Source: Phoronis australis (taxonomy: Eukaryota > Animalia > Phoronida). Taken from it: a stretch of 64,000 nt of DNA. The DNA lies in contig NMRA01000138.1 of NCBI GenBank assembly GCA_002633005.1, forward strand, positions 239,887-303,886, read 5' to 3'. Both the position numbers and the translations under genes were made by a program. How positions within the stretch are numbered: position 1 is the stretch's first letter; each line of letters begins with the position of its first letter. This document shows positions 14,568 to 28,801 of the stretch, in pieces. A model generated the notes under the pieces. That model was not told the DNA's origin. It worked only from the letters and a program-made list of their open reading frames with translations, and searched no databases.

Positions 14568-15427
14568 CCAATAAGGAAGACCTGGTAGTTTGATCAATTT
14601 CACAAGCAACACAAACAGATACCATAACAAACACTTTGGATAAATGTCATGTCAGTACAAAGTTATAAGGAATTGAAAGGATCACTCACACACTGTAACC
14701 ATGCTTCAGACTCAGTAGTCCTTTCTATCTCTCACACAGTCTAAATAACACAAGTCAACATTTCAATATCCACTCGTAACCCTGTTCCTGTAGACACAGT
14801 TCTGAAGACCAGGCAGTGATAAAAATCCAATTTCAGTTCAAGCACCAGGCGTGAAATAAAAATCCATTGATCACAATCCTGAATCAGGTCAACCTGTTGT
14901 CCTCTAGTGTGATGCTCTACAGATGCTCTACAAACACCAGACTATCAGTGTCTATCACACAATGCTCCTGGTCTGCACTGAANGAAGATGATGACGAATA
15001 TGATGATGTTGGCCAATAAGGAAGACCTGGTAGTTTGATCAATTTCACAAGCAACACAAACAGATACCATAACAAACACTTTGGATAAATGTCATGTCAG
15101 TACAAAGTTATAAGGAATTGAAAGGGTCACTCACACACTGTAACCATGCTTCAGACTCAGTAGTCCTTTCTATCTCTCACACAGTCTAAATAACACAAGT
15201 CAACATTTCAATATCCACTCGTAACCCTGTTCCTGTAGACACAGTTCTGAAGACCAGGCAGTGATAAAAATCCAATTTCAGTTCAAGCACCAGGCGTGAA
15301 ATAAAAATCCATTGATCACAATCCTGAATCAGGTCAACCTGTTGTCCTCTAGTGTGATGCTCTACAGATGCTCTACAAACACCAGACTATCAGTGTCTAT
15401 CACACAATGCTCCTGGTCTGCACTGAA
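14568..15427. repeat. 415-bp direct duplication around a single n (probable contig/haplotype overlap)
   Basis: 14568-14982 is nearly identical to 15013-15427; n at 14983. Confidence 0.9.
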
Positions 15428-15724
15428 TCCATTGTAAGGAAGAGTTGCATACAATAACTCTTCAAGCAGTTAACCAGTAACTGCACACCCACTTGGCCTC
15501 TTACATAAGCCCATGATAGCATCAACCCTATCGTAGAGGGTTACATAGTAGTAGGGTACTTATCCACAACTTGAACATTTATATCAAGGAGCATGTGGGT
15601 TAAATGTTCCAGCACAACAAAAGGGCTGACATGAGTCAGCTATTCACAAATGGTGATAATTCCGCAATTTGCAGTGTTTTCAATCAGAAGCAGCAGAAAT
15701 CGTGGAGTAAAGAAAAGAGAACTA

Positions 15725-16015
15725 ACCGTTTTCGCCCTAATAAGCGCCCATGCCCCTATAAGCGCCCCCACGCATTTCTAGAATTCGCTAAAATAAGCGC
15801 CCAGCCCATGAATGTGTACATGCGAAAAATGCCTTACAGTTCTAAAATTCTACAGTAACGTTTTCAATTTATCAATAAGATCCAACAGTCATGAAAAATC
15901 ATTGTGTGCGGAATTTGTAGACCACGAGTCTCGCCGCTATGTCGGTATTTAGCCATGACTATTCACTTCAAACTTCTGCCATGTTTCAAAAAGAACGCTA
16001 TATTTTTGCTGATCT
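15725..16015 (+). mobile_element. Terminal part of the same pogo-like family
   Basis: ACCGTTTTCGCCCTAATAAGCGCCC with three TAAGCGCCC repeats; matches 1060-1316 inverted. A related end lies at 62730-62800. Confidence 0.65.
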
Positions 16016-16482
16016 TAACTGCGTATTCGAAATTTCAAACAATTTTAACTTAAATTTTATCATGTCCAAGTATTCTCACTCTTTTGTTCCAAAATCACAA
16101 AAATGATGTAGATATTTTAAAATTCTGACAATCATTAATAAATTGAAAAAATACATCTCTGTGGTTAATTACCAACACATTTTTAAGATTTAATATCCAG
16201 GTTGGACTCGAAAGACCAGCCATTTAACTCACGCAATGTCAACTTCCGCTTTGTTTATCTCAATGAGCCTCGCTTTGGATTTTAATGTCCGTCGCGTGAA
16301 TTAGATGTATACTAAAGCACACGGATCACGACATGCTGACACTGATTCCTCAGGGGTCTTTAAGTGAATATTATTGTAGAACTTTTATCAGAATCCCTTG
16401 ACTAAAGACTAGAGTAGTGGCCCACCATAACTACAGATGCTCATGAGATTGATCTGAAAAGTAGGGTTAAAGTCACCCACCA

Positions 16483-16600
16483 GGGAGGCAGTGTGGCCTA
16501 GTGTGATGGTGCCCGCCATCTTTACTCGAGGTCGTCGGTTCGAGTCCCACTCAGGGCCACACTGCTAGACCCTTGAGTTGGGTTTCTAGCTCCTCAGCTC
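16483..16600 (+). mobile_element. tRNA-derived SINE head (Pol III A and B boxes)
   Basis: A-box-like TGGCCTAGTGTG (16494-16505) and B-box GGTTCGAGTCC (16537-16547). No intact acceptor or anticodon stems. Confidence 0.6.
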
Positions 16601-16616
16601 AGTTTTAACTATATAT

Positions 16617-17990
16617 TAAAGTCCTTCTCTCACGTGTTGTTAACCTTTATTACATGGTTAGAAGATGTTATAAGGATCCAAGAAGTACCTACCCCATAAC
16701 TTAAATACACGATCCGTACACGAAAACAGTTTAAATGAACGCACCACTCACGATTCGCAACCGAAGAAACACCGCCATTTTGAACTTGCCGCGAACCCGG
16801 AAGTACAATTCATTCAGGAACCCAGGCCGAGAAAACGCCGTCAGTGCGACTGGAGCAGTGCCTGTACTGTTATCAGCCAGCAAACGGGGATAAAAAAATC
16901 GACAGCGCGCCTTAATTTTGATAAAATCAAACTACGGACAATTTTATGGAATTTGCTGAAGAAATGTGGCGAATAAATTTTAACAGAAATTATTTTGCCA
17001 GACTCGGGACCGCAGCCTATCGGACCCGGTGCGGATCGAGACCAGACACTGGCGAACGGTAAATGCATGCAGTTGCAAGCTGTTTTGTCGAAGTAAAATG
17101 GTCAAATGGTNNNNNNNNNNNNNNNNNNNNNNNNNNNNNNNNNNNNNNNNNNNNNNNNNNNNNNNNNNNNNNNNNNNNNNNNNNNNNNNNNNNNNNNNNN
17201 NNNNNNNNNNNNNNNNNNNNNNNNNNNNNNNNNNNNNNNNNNNNNNNNNNNNNNNNNNNNNNNNNNNNNNNNNNNNNNNNNNNNNNNNNNNNNNNNNNNN
17301 NNNNNNNNNNNNNNNNNNNNNNNNNNNNNNNNNNNNNNNNNNNNNNNNNNNNNNNNNNNNNNNNNNNNNNNNNNNNNNNNNNNNNNNNNNNNNNNNNNNN
17401 NNNNNNNNNNNNNNNNNNNNNNNNNNNNNNNNNNNNNNNNNNNNNNNNNNNNNNNNNNNNNNNNNNNNNNNNNNNNNNNNNNNNNNNNNNNNNNNNNNNN
17501 NNNNNNNNNNNNNNNNNNNNNNNNNNNNNNNNNNNNNNNNNNNNNNNNNNNNNNNNNNNNNNNNNNNNNNNNNNNNNNATGCTATTTTAACATACTAAGT
17601 ACGCGTAACATTCCAAAAAAATCAACGACCACTAACTACAAACTATAAATACACTACATATGCAAACGAATCACGATATATTACTAATAAAACAACAAAA
17701 TAATGAAGACTTTTCGAGCAAGTCATAGCACATTCAGTTACAAGGAAAAAATGGCCGCGTTCAGGACAAGTTCCTGAACTGATGAGCCGGAAATGTGGGT
17801 ACGGAAATAACCGATGACAACCGGTAATCATACGCTCAGAGAGAAGGGTCAAATACTGTTAAAAAATCGCTTTTGGCAAGAAAGGCGAAAAGAATATAAA
17901 GAAAGGGTGTCGAAAATAAGAATTTATGTAGTAAGTATTTTCGGATACTGGAACCACATGGGCAGTTTGCAAGAAGGACTTTAATGAAGC
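16617..17990 (-). mobile_element. Internal fragment of family A spanning an N gap
   Basis: 16617-17110 aligns closely with ~40446-40918, and 17579-17990 aligns with ~42056-42462. Confidence 0.85.
17111..17578. other. Assembly gap
   Basis: Run of N. Confidence 1.
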
Positions 17991-20900
17991 ACAAAAATAT
18001 TTCCAGGTGATCAGTGCAATGGGCCCTCATGCGCAGCCTGCACACGTCTGGTACAACGTGTACCAGACCGCCTGCAATTATTTTTTATTTATCCACCAGG
18101 GACAAAATTGCACATTGCTCAGACTAATCACCTATGCATTTATTGCATCATAAACAAAATAATTATCAGCTGAAGTCACACAATTTAAAAAAGTTATCAT
18201 AAATGGTCTCTGTTAGTTATTTGTTTTGGTTAGCCAAACAATACACATTATGCCTTCCTTATCTGTGGACGATTAATACTAACACAAGACTGACCTGCCC
18301 GTACTGGAATAGTGAGGTCACGTTAAACTAATTGTGGGTGTAATTTTCCTATAAGACTGATAGTAAATGATTTTTAAAGCTAGTAACAAATCTGGCAGTA
18401 TCTTCCAACACTAAGTGGTCGTTGTGTTGCTGGCAATGCTCCCAGCCAGGCTACGTCTTCAAACAATATTGGTTTGAGTAAGCCATGGCATGTTTGGTAT
18501 GCAGCAAGCTTTCTGAACGGTTCCTAACCACCTCTCTATTGACACTGAATAAATGAATAGGTGAAAAATGAAGCAAAAAACATCCAGGGCTTAACTATTC
18601 ACCTATCCATAAGGGGTAATAAAACAATTATTTTGTCAGAGCCAGGAACATTAACCCTTGTGAATAGTTACACAGTTCAACTAGGACAGTTGTATGGCTA
18701 AGTGCAAGGTTCACAAAGAACTGTTTTACTGACCTTGCATGTCAATTGTAAATGGTCTATTGTGTGTGATGGACACCCATTTAAAATTCTAAGCCATTAT
18801 GCGGACTAGTTACCCCCTCCCAGTCCAAAATGGTGATATGTGCTTAAGCACATTGAAAGTTTGGCCAAAATCCCAAGAGGTAGAAAAGAACAGTTCTCGC
18901 TCTACTTAGACATGTTTGAAAATCAAGAATGGCATAAAATTTAGTTGAATCCAAACATGCCAATGATCGCTCATACAAGCCGATACACATAAAGTAATAA
19001 ATTCCTCAGTGTAAGACACAACATGGCAGACACGTGATATTTTATTTTGTCAAATTTCTCTACAAAAGTAACTTTTCAGGAAAATTTATTTTGCTTTTAG
19101 CATAGTTTGTATGGCGGTAGCTATTACTAAACATCATTTGAACATTTGCAACTGAAAGTGGTAAGCCTCTGAAAAAGAAATATGTCAGTTTTCGCAATGG
19201 TTTTGACCCAAATTGAAAAATTGTTACCACTGTTTGCATCCACATCTCAATTGTCATGCAACTTATTGTTGTGAAAATGGAGTCAGCATATCATGAACAT
19301 GCCTTTAAACCAGATTCTGCCATCACAATCGGGGAGGGTGAGGGTGTGGTAACAAAATTGCTATTGGTTGACCAATTTTGAAAATTTAAAAACCCACATA
19401 GTCCACTAATTTTTCTACTCTATTCAGATTTTAAAAGAATGGGGCGGGGGGGTACAACCTGGACACTTTCAAGCCTTATATTTAGATATGACCTGACAAG
19501 AAACCCTCACCTGACCAAATGAATTGAGTCATTTGACAGCCAGCCCTGGCTCTAGTCAGAATGGAATGTGGAAAGAAATCGTCAGGTAGCTGGCATTGGA
19601 GAAATTCAAAGATTTCTCCAAATCATCTTTATCTTGTTTAAAGGGGATGTTACAGCATGGCATCAGGCGGAGTGTGAAATTTTTCTCTGGGTTTGATTGA
19701 CTCAGATGGTTGACTCTTCAGTGTAACAACCCAACCTTGCCTAACTACTGAAACATTGCCTAATTTTGTAATATTTCTGATACATTTACCTATCTTCACT
19801 ATGAAAAAACATTCAGGGTTCATTTTTGAAGCATTTCAAGTGGCTCAAAAATAACGAAGTAGTGCTAGATTTAAGAGGAAACCTTGTAACCTGTCTGGTG
19901 ATGTCCGTTTCACCCACACATTTTGAGTTTTAATATTTTGCCTATGGCTAGACTCTTCATAAGCACACTTTCTTGAAAGTTTGGTTGAAATTACTTGAGA
20001 AATGTAAGAGTACTTCCTCACAGTAGAGCATTTCCAACATGGATGAATGAAAATCAAAGAAGTATGAAAATTCAAGAAAATACAAAGATTTGGCACGTAA
20101 TTAACATATTGTTTTGAAATACGGTCGAAATCACAGAAGAGCCTTTCTGGAGGAAAAAATCAAGAATTAACCAAAATTCAGGAAATTACACCTGAAATGT
20201 AAAGCGGTGCCAATATCTTATGCGCTATGGCACTTCGAAACCACACTCATTTGAAAATATACTAGTCAAAATAGCACTTGAAGAAGGAGTTGCGTACATG
20301 AGAAAGTATGAGGAATTACACACAGAAAAGCATCTCCCTACAAAGAGGTGTGAAATTGAAGAGTCAAAATTCAGACAAACACGTAAGATTCCAACAATAT
20401 GCAACGCTGAACTTCATAACCATGGTTTTGTGAAAGTTTGGTCACAATCCCCTCTCATGTGCTGTTAGCCTTGACTTGTTTCAAACAACCCTTTCCCACT
20501 TTTTGTATTTACCTACACTGGTGAAATAAAAAATAACACTGACACTTCCCTGGTGCTTAGGGGATCCAAGTTGACAGTGGAAGGTTACTTTGCAGCACAC
20601 AGATGGATATAGCAGCGTAATGTCAATGCTTCCCTACAGTGGGAGTGCAACTTCAGTGTGATTAAAGATAAACATAGGTGTCGCTGTCAACGGTGACACT
20701 TGTTGTGTTAAAAATTTACACAGCAAGAATTTAATTTCAGTCATTATCCAAATATGAACAATAAACTATGCATATTTCAAACTTTTGTGTTTAAAATTGT
20801 AGTGCTTTTGCCTCAGTGGCAACATTTTATTGTGGCAAGTGCTTATTTCACAGAACATGTCCCTACATCAGAAACAGCGGCCTAGTTTCTGTAAGCAGAG

Positions 20901-21302
20901 AAAACAACTTTTAATCCTGACTGCATTTCTCCAGGGAACTTAGGTGAATGATTTCCTCAATCAAATTTGAACACTAAGGTCTAAACTTTTACCACTACAG
21001 TAAATATTATTCAATTTCAGACAAAAAGTATTTTTGGACAAGGGGTGCCGCCTGAAAAATTTTTATACCTACCAGTTTAGAGAGTGGGCTTGGACAAAAA
21101 GTGGCCCATTTAGAGACTAATTTTGTGTAAAAATTCACATTTTCGCACAGTTCAGTTTCAGAAATTCAAAAAAGACACACTTTTAGATAGCATTTTCTCA
21201 AAATGGCTCCATTTTGGAGTTTTTTGCTGTGAAAAACCTTTTGGGCAGCACTTTTTGTATACCTCTTCTACAGGAATGCCTTTCAGGCTGAATTTGGCTA
21301 CC

Positions 21303-21410
21303 CATTATTTTTATTAGTATTACATTACTATTACTACTATTACTACCTTTACTATTATTAATGCTATTGCTACTATTACCATTATCGTTATCATTATTAT
21401 TAATATTAAT
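21303..21410. repeat. (TTA/CTA)n degenerate microsatellite
   Basis: Direct reading. Confidence 0.85.
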
Positions 21411-23916
21411 GTTTTTGGATTTATTTAACAAGGACAGAGTGCAATATGCACAATACATCTTTAGCAAAGTACTAATACATCATGGTCCTAAAAGATTTTA
21501 GAATAATCTCATTTATGGTTCAATGTTTTCACCAGGCTTCCCATGATGGACAGCAAGTGCTGTTTCAAAATGACTAAAGGTGTTCCTATGTTCAGCCCTA
21601 ACAATATTGTGAGGAACGTCTTGACAGCTGTGGATGCAGAGTTGGCCTACTTTTTGGAAACGAGGAGGTTGAGATTTAAAGTCTCGTTTAGACGTGCAAA
21701 AATTAATTATTTTGAACTATCAACAACCATGGTATTGTTTGTAAATATAACTATACCCTTCTGTATTTTGCCACGAAGAACTGAATTCAGACTGCAATCA
21801 TTTACTTGCGACTTACTTCTAAGCGTGACGATACTCACCATGTAATCATTTTTGTCTGTTGGTGAAAACATTCCTTTTCAAAGAACTGGACTCGTTCCAT
21901 GATGATGTGTAAGTTCAAAAATAGCGTTAAGTTGCACCCTGGGGGCAGACCTTTTTCGAGAACTAGCGACACCTAGACCCGGTTTGAGCAAAATGATCAT
22001 GCCCTTTCAGAGTGCCAAAACATTTTCTATTTTCTCAGCTAGGCCTCCCATTTTTACATATACACATCACCCCTATTTCAGACAGGTTTGACATAGAAAC
22101 AATGATATTTTTAAGCTGTTTAAAACAAGTAACTATGCCATCATTTTTTTAAACTATTGGTTCACTCTTCTCAAAGGCGATCTTTTGCTGTTGCACTGGC
22201 AAAATCTGTCAACCTGCTCGCAAATAAATGCGTGCTTTCATTTCCTTCCACCACAATATGGACTAAAATGGGCGTTTTTTCTATCAAATTGGCTTCCGAA
22301 ATTAAATTCTCGGAGAAAAAGTTGTTGTTATTGTCGTTTGTTCCGAAGAAATACGATACATATTAGCAAAATACGTCATTGTTTCTGTTGTGCTTATGAA
22401 GGGAAGTTTGTTTACTGTAATGCCGGATTCACAAATGGTTTATAACCGGTGAAACTTTAACAACAAAATAACTTTTCCTGATCCTGGAAACTCTTTTCGT
22501 CTGGAGTTGAAACTGTACGTGTACATACCAAGAAACATTGTTAAAAACCAATGGAACACATATAGGGTCACATTTATATATTCGAGATGGCACATTTGAT
22601 AGAATTTCATTCAAACAATCCGAGAAAGTAGGCAATAAGTGCGTGAACCACTTTCCTCTGTGTGACAAATACCATGCAAACTCATGAAATATGACATTGC
22701 TTTTGTAAAATGTAACAATGGTACATTTCTGGCATGTGGATGTCAAATGTCACAATTACATAAAATGTAACAACTTGTTCCATTTTTGAAGAGACCTACC
22801 AACATAAATTGTAACAATGATGTAAAATGTTACATCATACCTTGTATCAGAGCTCAGACCCTGAGCCAATGCATGCTTGATACTGGCAGTAAATGTAATT
22901 AAACAGCAATTCAGACTATTAGACACACTGTGCGACTTGGTAATCTTTAAAAAGTAAGATATGCCACATTGACCAATTAACTTCTTCAAAAAGTCAATAT
23001 ATCCCATTAGTGTTGAACCAGGAAAAAACACAGGCTATATGTAAAATGCAACACAACATAAATTAGATGCATGTGAGTTCTGGCACATGTGAGTTCTGGC
23101 ACTCCCACTCAAACTGCTAGTTAACTTCATGGTAATATGTGTAGAACGAACTTCAAACAATCCTTCATGGTTTATGATGTTCTTCAATCATCAAACCATT
23201 ATGTCATGAATACCCATCTGATGTATACAAGTTGGCCAGATGTGAAAATTATACGCTTGTTTGCATGAGGCATTTTTTATATTAGCATTGGATTATGCTG
23301 CCACCTATTGATACAATGGAATATGACAACGAAAAAGCAAGTCAACATTTTATGAAAGGCAACTTAATAATGTCCTGACTCTTGCATGAATGTAACCATA
23401 CTTCTGATAGCGAAATTCACAATCAACACATGAACGTAATCGTGTAAAAAGTTTAAAACCAATCCTCGTAGACAGAGCAAAACACCATGCCTGTAAATTT
23501 TTAAAATATGAATTATGCCACTTGGGCCTCAAATACAAATTTACGAGAGGATGCTGTAGAAACTAGAATCAACAGATGCCAGTATTTTGTTCACTAGCAC
23601 TTGTATTAGAGAAAAATTGCTGCTAATATACACAAATACAAAATGTGAATTCCATAGATACACAGAGACCATTTCCTCCTTCACCAACCACACAATTCCC
23701 TTGTCATTAATCAGAGTTCTTTACTCATGCACCCAATGCTGTTTCTACAATTTGGTACCTCATGAAAGACAATTTTATTCATCAGAGCCGGTTGTCAAAA
23801 ACTGAGAGTCAACTGCAGTGACTTCCATGAAAAGTGACACAACAAAATTGAGTTCATTTGACACATTTTCAGAAAGTAGTCATATCCACATTATGAGTCA
23901 CCTGAGAACAACTAGT

Positions 23917-23961
23917 CCCGGAGCAACTTGCCCCGGAGCAACTTGCCCCAGAGCAACTTGC
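23917..23961. repeat. 15-bp tandem CCCGGAGCAACTTGC x3
   Basis: Direct reading. Confidence 0.9.
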
Positions 23962-24296
23962 TCAGCTGAATGTCAACACTATACTGATTTCGAACAGTAG
24001 TCCACTTTCATTAAGAAAGTGTAGTTTATACCTTAGTGTGACAGCTTCAGTAAAACAATTCAATTATTTTTATTTAGGACAGTTCTTGAGTATGAACCTT
24101 GCTAGAAATGGTGAAGTTTACAGCTTTTTTATTTAAGAGAAGGAAATTTACAATTTTAGACACAACAAATTTGGTTTTCTTCAGTCATGTAGCTGTCCTC
24201 AGTCCCAAAAATTCCAACCTAATGTAGAATATATGTATATAAATAAAACAACAATAATGGATACAAAAAAAGTTGACCCATTATTGTTGTTTTCTT

Positions 24297-24298
<2 letters not shown>

Positions 24299-24353
<55 letters not shown>

Positions 24354-24369
24354 GTGCGTGTGTGTGTGT
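24299..24369. repeat. (TG)n microsatellite
   Basis: Direct reading. Confidence 0.97.
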
Positions 24370-24839
24370 AAATACATTCTATATTTCGTCAAACAATAGT
24401 ATCCCTCAGAGGTTCTGGATCACCTCACTTAGTTTCAGATTTATTTTCTACGTTTTCCATCCTAAGACATAAAAGTTTTTATTGTACAGTGATTTAAATA
24501 TTACACTCTCTATTATTTATGGCACAAATTTTAAAAATCCCTTCAAACACAAAAGAATTCAAAAAGTTTGCAACAGAATTATTTTACCCAAGATGCAAGT
24601 CAGGTTTGACATACAACTGTATGAGAATGTGAAAAACCTTGATGTTGTGGATTTGACATTTTTTGTTTAGTTTTTATAACATTGCTTTTTTCAAATTTGT
24701 TCAAAACATCAATAATCAAGCAGAATAATGGAGCAAACAAGAAACCCTGTATCAATATTTTGATTTGTTTCATAATATTTCAGATTTTTATTTAGTGCTC
24801 TGCCTTTTAAGGCACACATGCACCATTAAGAAAACTTAC

Positions 24840-24932
24840 CTGCAAATAATAAAGAAGTTCCACCCATGGAGAATATAAGACTGGCCTCTGTTAAAGCTTA
24901 TCGACTATGGTAATGTGAACACATCAGCACTC
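24840..24932 (-). other. Candidate exon (UTR or alternative first coding exon MGGTSLLFA, phase 1)
   Basis: Acceptor gtgcttacAG and perfect donor CAG|GTAAGT. Stops in all three frames upstream; ATG at 24867 is open to the donor. Confidence 0.35.
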
Positions 24933-26023
24933 CTGTAAGCACAAACATCTTATGATGGTAATGTGTTACTGCAACTGTGCAACCAAAACAGCAACAACAA
25001 GGAAACCCTGCGTGTGATTTTGCAAATCCTGCAAATTCAAGATAAGAACAGGTTTGTGATGTTTTAATTTCCAAACAGGTTGCCTCACAGATCATCCAAT
25101 ATGAAAAACTAGTAACTAGTCTGGAGCTAAGGATTGTGCACAGGTTAAGTCAAGAAATGAAGCAGAGTTGGTTCAGGTCTGTTTTTTTTTGAAAATAGAG
25201 TCGGCGGTGCAGTATTTTAGTAGATTTTCACTTTCTCAAAATAGAGTTCACACCAGATGAGTGAAAATGACGCAGGCTTTTGTTTTTTACTCATCACGTA
25301 GCAAATCATTGGATTTCAAACCTAGCTCATCTTAGCTTACGTAGGTTTGTGCAACTTTTCAAAAGACACCAAGCCTTGGCTAAAACTGATGCGGGTGGGA
25401 TTTTTCCTGGTCGGTGAGTGCAGCTGGTCTCAAAATAAGGCAGGGTACAGACCAAAACCAACTATGCTTTTCAGCCTAATCTAAACTTGAGACATTCAAA
25501 TTAAACACATTCCAAATTACTGAGAGTTAGTATAATTTCAAAACAACGAGAAAATCTGGAATATGTTTCATGATGCAAGACTGGCTTGTAGCGACAAATC
25601 TTGACTAGTGAAACAGAAATAGCCAGTTTACTCCCATAATTCAACATTCCAGCTCTTCTCATTTTGAGTGGTCTGGCAGCAAATAAACTCACAAGAAACT
25701 CTCAATGGAATGAGCGGACTCTAGTCACTGACCTACCGCCATTACCAACATTAATCAATGAATTATACCTCAAGGACTTAACCAAATATATTATCTGACG
25801 CTTATTACACATATATATACCTCATAACATTTCATGACTTGATCAGCTATGGGGGCTCATAAGATGACCATGTAATTAAGGTTATATAGGACCCTAGAAA
25901 AATGTCCAAATATGGCCAACATGAGAACATCATATCTCAGAAATGGTTAACCAGATTTGCATGAAGCTATCATATATTATGCTTTACACACTGTTTTCCA
26001 TAAAACATTTAAGAATTGGTTTA

Positions 26024-26514
26024 AAAGCCCTTTTACATTGACTTAACTCCGGTCTGAGCGGAGCATCGACGTAAACAGCATACCCGGTAGTTAACTGGAC
26101 CGTTCATACTGGCTTTGGTAGTTAATGAACACCGAAGTAAGCGGTTGGTGCCACTGTCGTCATCAAAGTTATCGCAAGGTAGAGTTGCACGCTAAGATTT
26201 TTTTTCAATGTTTCAATTTGGAAACATTTACATGTGCTAAGTGACATTAAACTTATTTTTAAATTGATTGGTTATTATTAGAGCAAAATATAAGCAGCTA
26301 TTAGTGACAGCACTACCCTGTAACTATTGATGACAACAGTGGCACCTGGCGATAACTTCGACTGGACCGAAGTTAAGCGTTCATACTGCACCGCAGCGTC
26401 CATGCTGCGCTATTAAATCCACCTGTTAACTGCGATCCAGGACCGGAGTTAAGCGTTCATACTGACCGCAACTCCCCAAACCATCGACGCGTCGACGTTA
26501 GTATGAAAGGCTCT
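26024..26514. mobile_element. PIF/Harbinger-type MITE
   Basis: Imperfect TIRs (AAAGCCCTTTTACATTGAC / GTTAGTATGAAAGGCTCT), TTA/TAA flanks, internal repeats GGACCGAAGTTAAGCGTTCATACTG. Confidence 0.65.
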
Positions 26515-28801
26515 TAAGAATGTTTCACTCTTGTACGAGGGGCTGTCAAACAATTCACTTTTATGTGGTTATTTGGCTAAATGCACAAATTTATCAATTA
26601 AGTTTTACATACCATATAACCCCACAAATAAGCGCACGATCCTATACGCAGAGCTGACGCAGTTTTTCCGCAAGGCTATTCCATTCAAATTCCTGCACAT
26701 AGTCGCATGTGAGCACACATTTTTTAAAAATACACTACCAATCCATTTTATTTCAAATCACAACAGGGACACTCTAGGTTAAATAATAAGGTTAGAATAA
26801 TTGTTAAGTATTAAAAATAAACGGTTTTAAAACTCATAGCTTTATTTTCAAGAAAGCCTTAAGCCTTGATCCTTGATAAAATAATGCATAGGCCTCCTAA
26901 GATCCACCATTAGGCATGTATGCATTATTTGGTAACCCTGTTGTGAGCTCATAATTGACTTATCGTATGCTCCGCCCCTTTGTTAAAGGTCACCCACAAT
27001 GTGTTGTTTGTCGGGTAAAATGGTGGTTTGGAAATGCAGACGAACGGTGTGTCATGAATGTTGCATTCTGATTGGTCAGTTAAGCCGTCAGTTAAAATAA
27101 TGGCAATAGGTCAATTGGTTAGGGCCTGTGGTTGGGCTCTCAGTAAGATTTCAAAAACGTGAGAGGTGAAAACTAACTAGAATGAGAACACCTTGGACAG
27201 GTGACACATTCAAGGGCAAAGTTGGTGGCTTCCACTTATCCCAGGCAGTTCATCACTTGAGACACTGGCTCTGATCTACTGAGAATCAGTTTGATGTGGC
27301 AACACTCCTACATGTAAACACCCCCCACTGAGGAAGCTGGCAAAGCTGGCAAAGCATTTAACTTGACATTTGGAATAATTCTTAATTTTGAAAGGTCTTT
27401 TCAGTTGCAACTTCATGGAAAATTCTTATTTTGAGCCAACTGAGCAGACTCCAACTGAAAAAAGAGTGCATGTAGTTTGATATCTTTAGCAGTGCAACAG
27501 ACTCACACAGGACACAAGGTGGGGTCCACCACACAAAACAACTGGTTTAAACTCCATCTGAAGGTGATGTACCGACAGAAAAGTATGGGATGGAGCATAA
27601 CAAAACATGGTTGAATGGTGAAATTTCTTGAACTTAGTGAGTAGACCTTTAGGAGCACACTGACTGTAACCTGAACAGATTAATGAGCCAATACAATATG
27701 TCAGAAAACTTGGTATTAACCCAACTTTTAACAAATTTCCACACATGTAATACATTTATTGTCTACGTTACCAAATCTCGTTATTTTGAAATCATTAAAA
27801 CGAAAAAATTTCATGTTCAAAGTTGAGAAATTTTACTTGGCCTACGGTATCTGAGACTATTTTTCAAACCCTGAAAATGTTTTATGAGATCACAGCTTGA
27901 CAGGCCTTTGAAAATAATACCGGTATAAACATACTTACTGTAACAACAGCTAAGGACACACTACAGTGAAAAGCGAACTTTCTTCTGTTCTTTCATAAGA
28001 GGTAGGTTGCAATAAACAAATGTTTTATCATTTCAGGCTCAATACAATTTGTTTCTTTAGTATTTGATGTTTTAGACCTATCAAATAAAATTGAAATGCC
28101 AAAATTAAAAGCAATAATCATTAGGCCGGGTTGGTTTACTGAGTAATATATAGCAGGAACCGTAAAAGCAGCAATACTGTTTTAATATACGCTACACTAA
28201 ACAGCCGTTGTATTCATTGGTAATTTGTAAATGTGAAAACAAAAAAAATCGGCAGATAGATTACCTTTGCACTAAGGATGTACGGTTCAGGCTCAATAGC
28301 CTGCATCATGCAGTGTTATTCTCCAACATCAAGTGGCCATAACTACTGGACATGGTCCAGTGATTTGTGGATCATTTTCGCTACTTGGCAACTTTCATCG
28401 CTACATGTTGCATTTCTAACTAATTTGGCCATGGAATCTGAGATCAGTAATTAACCTGCAATTCAACTTTAAAAGTATAATTTTGTCATGTAACACCTTA
28501 TGCACAATAAAATATTTTAAATACAATTGCTAAGTAACAGCATTTTGGAAAACAGCTTTTAATCTAGAATCTGAACATTCGATATTAATCATCCAGGACA
28601 GTCATTTCCAAGATATGATGCGGGTGGATAATTCTAGACGTGGACTCTGCATCATTGGGGCACAAAAATTTCATAAATGTTATCGCTCTGTGATTTCTTA
28701 ACTCTGGCTATTTGGGCACACTATAATTGTCACAATTTCCCCTGATGTTGTAAGGAATACCAGTAATACACATTGCATTCAGAATCTAATACAACTACAA
28801 T

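Noticed and set aside
16483-16560. Functional tRNA gene
   Set aside because: A and B boxes are present but there is no pairing acceptor stem or canonical anticodon arm.
21521-21900. 100-aa ORF and a minus-strand ATG|GTGAGT donor at 21839 as possible exons
   Set aside because: No recognisable homology. The region is bracketed by a 13-bp inverted repeat (AATGTTTTCACCA/TGGTGAAAACATT), suggesting repeat origin.
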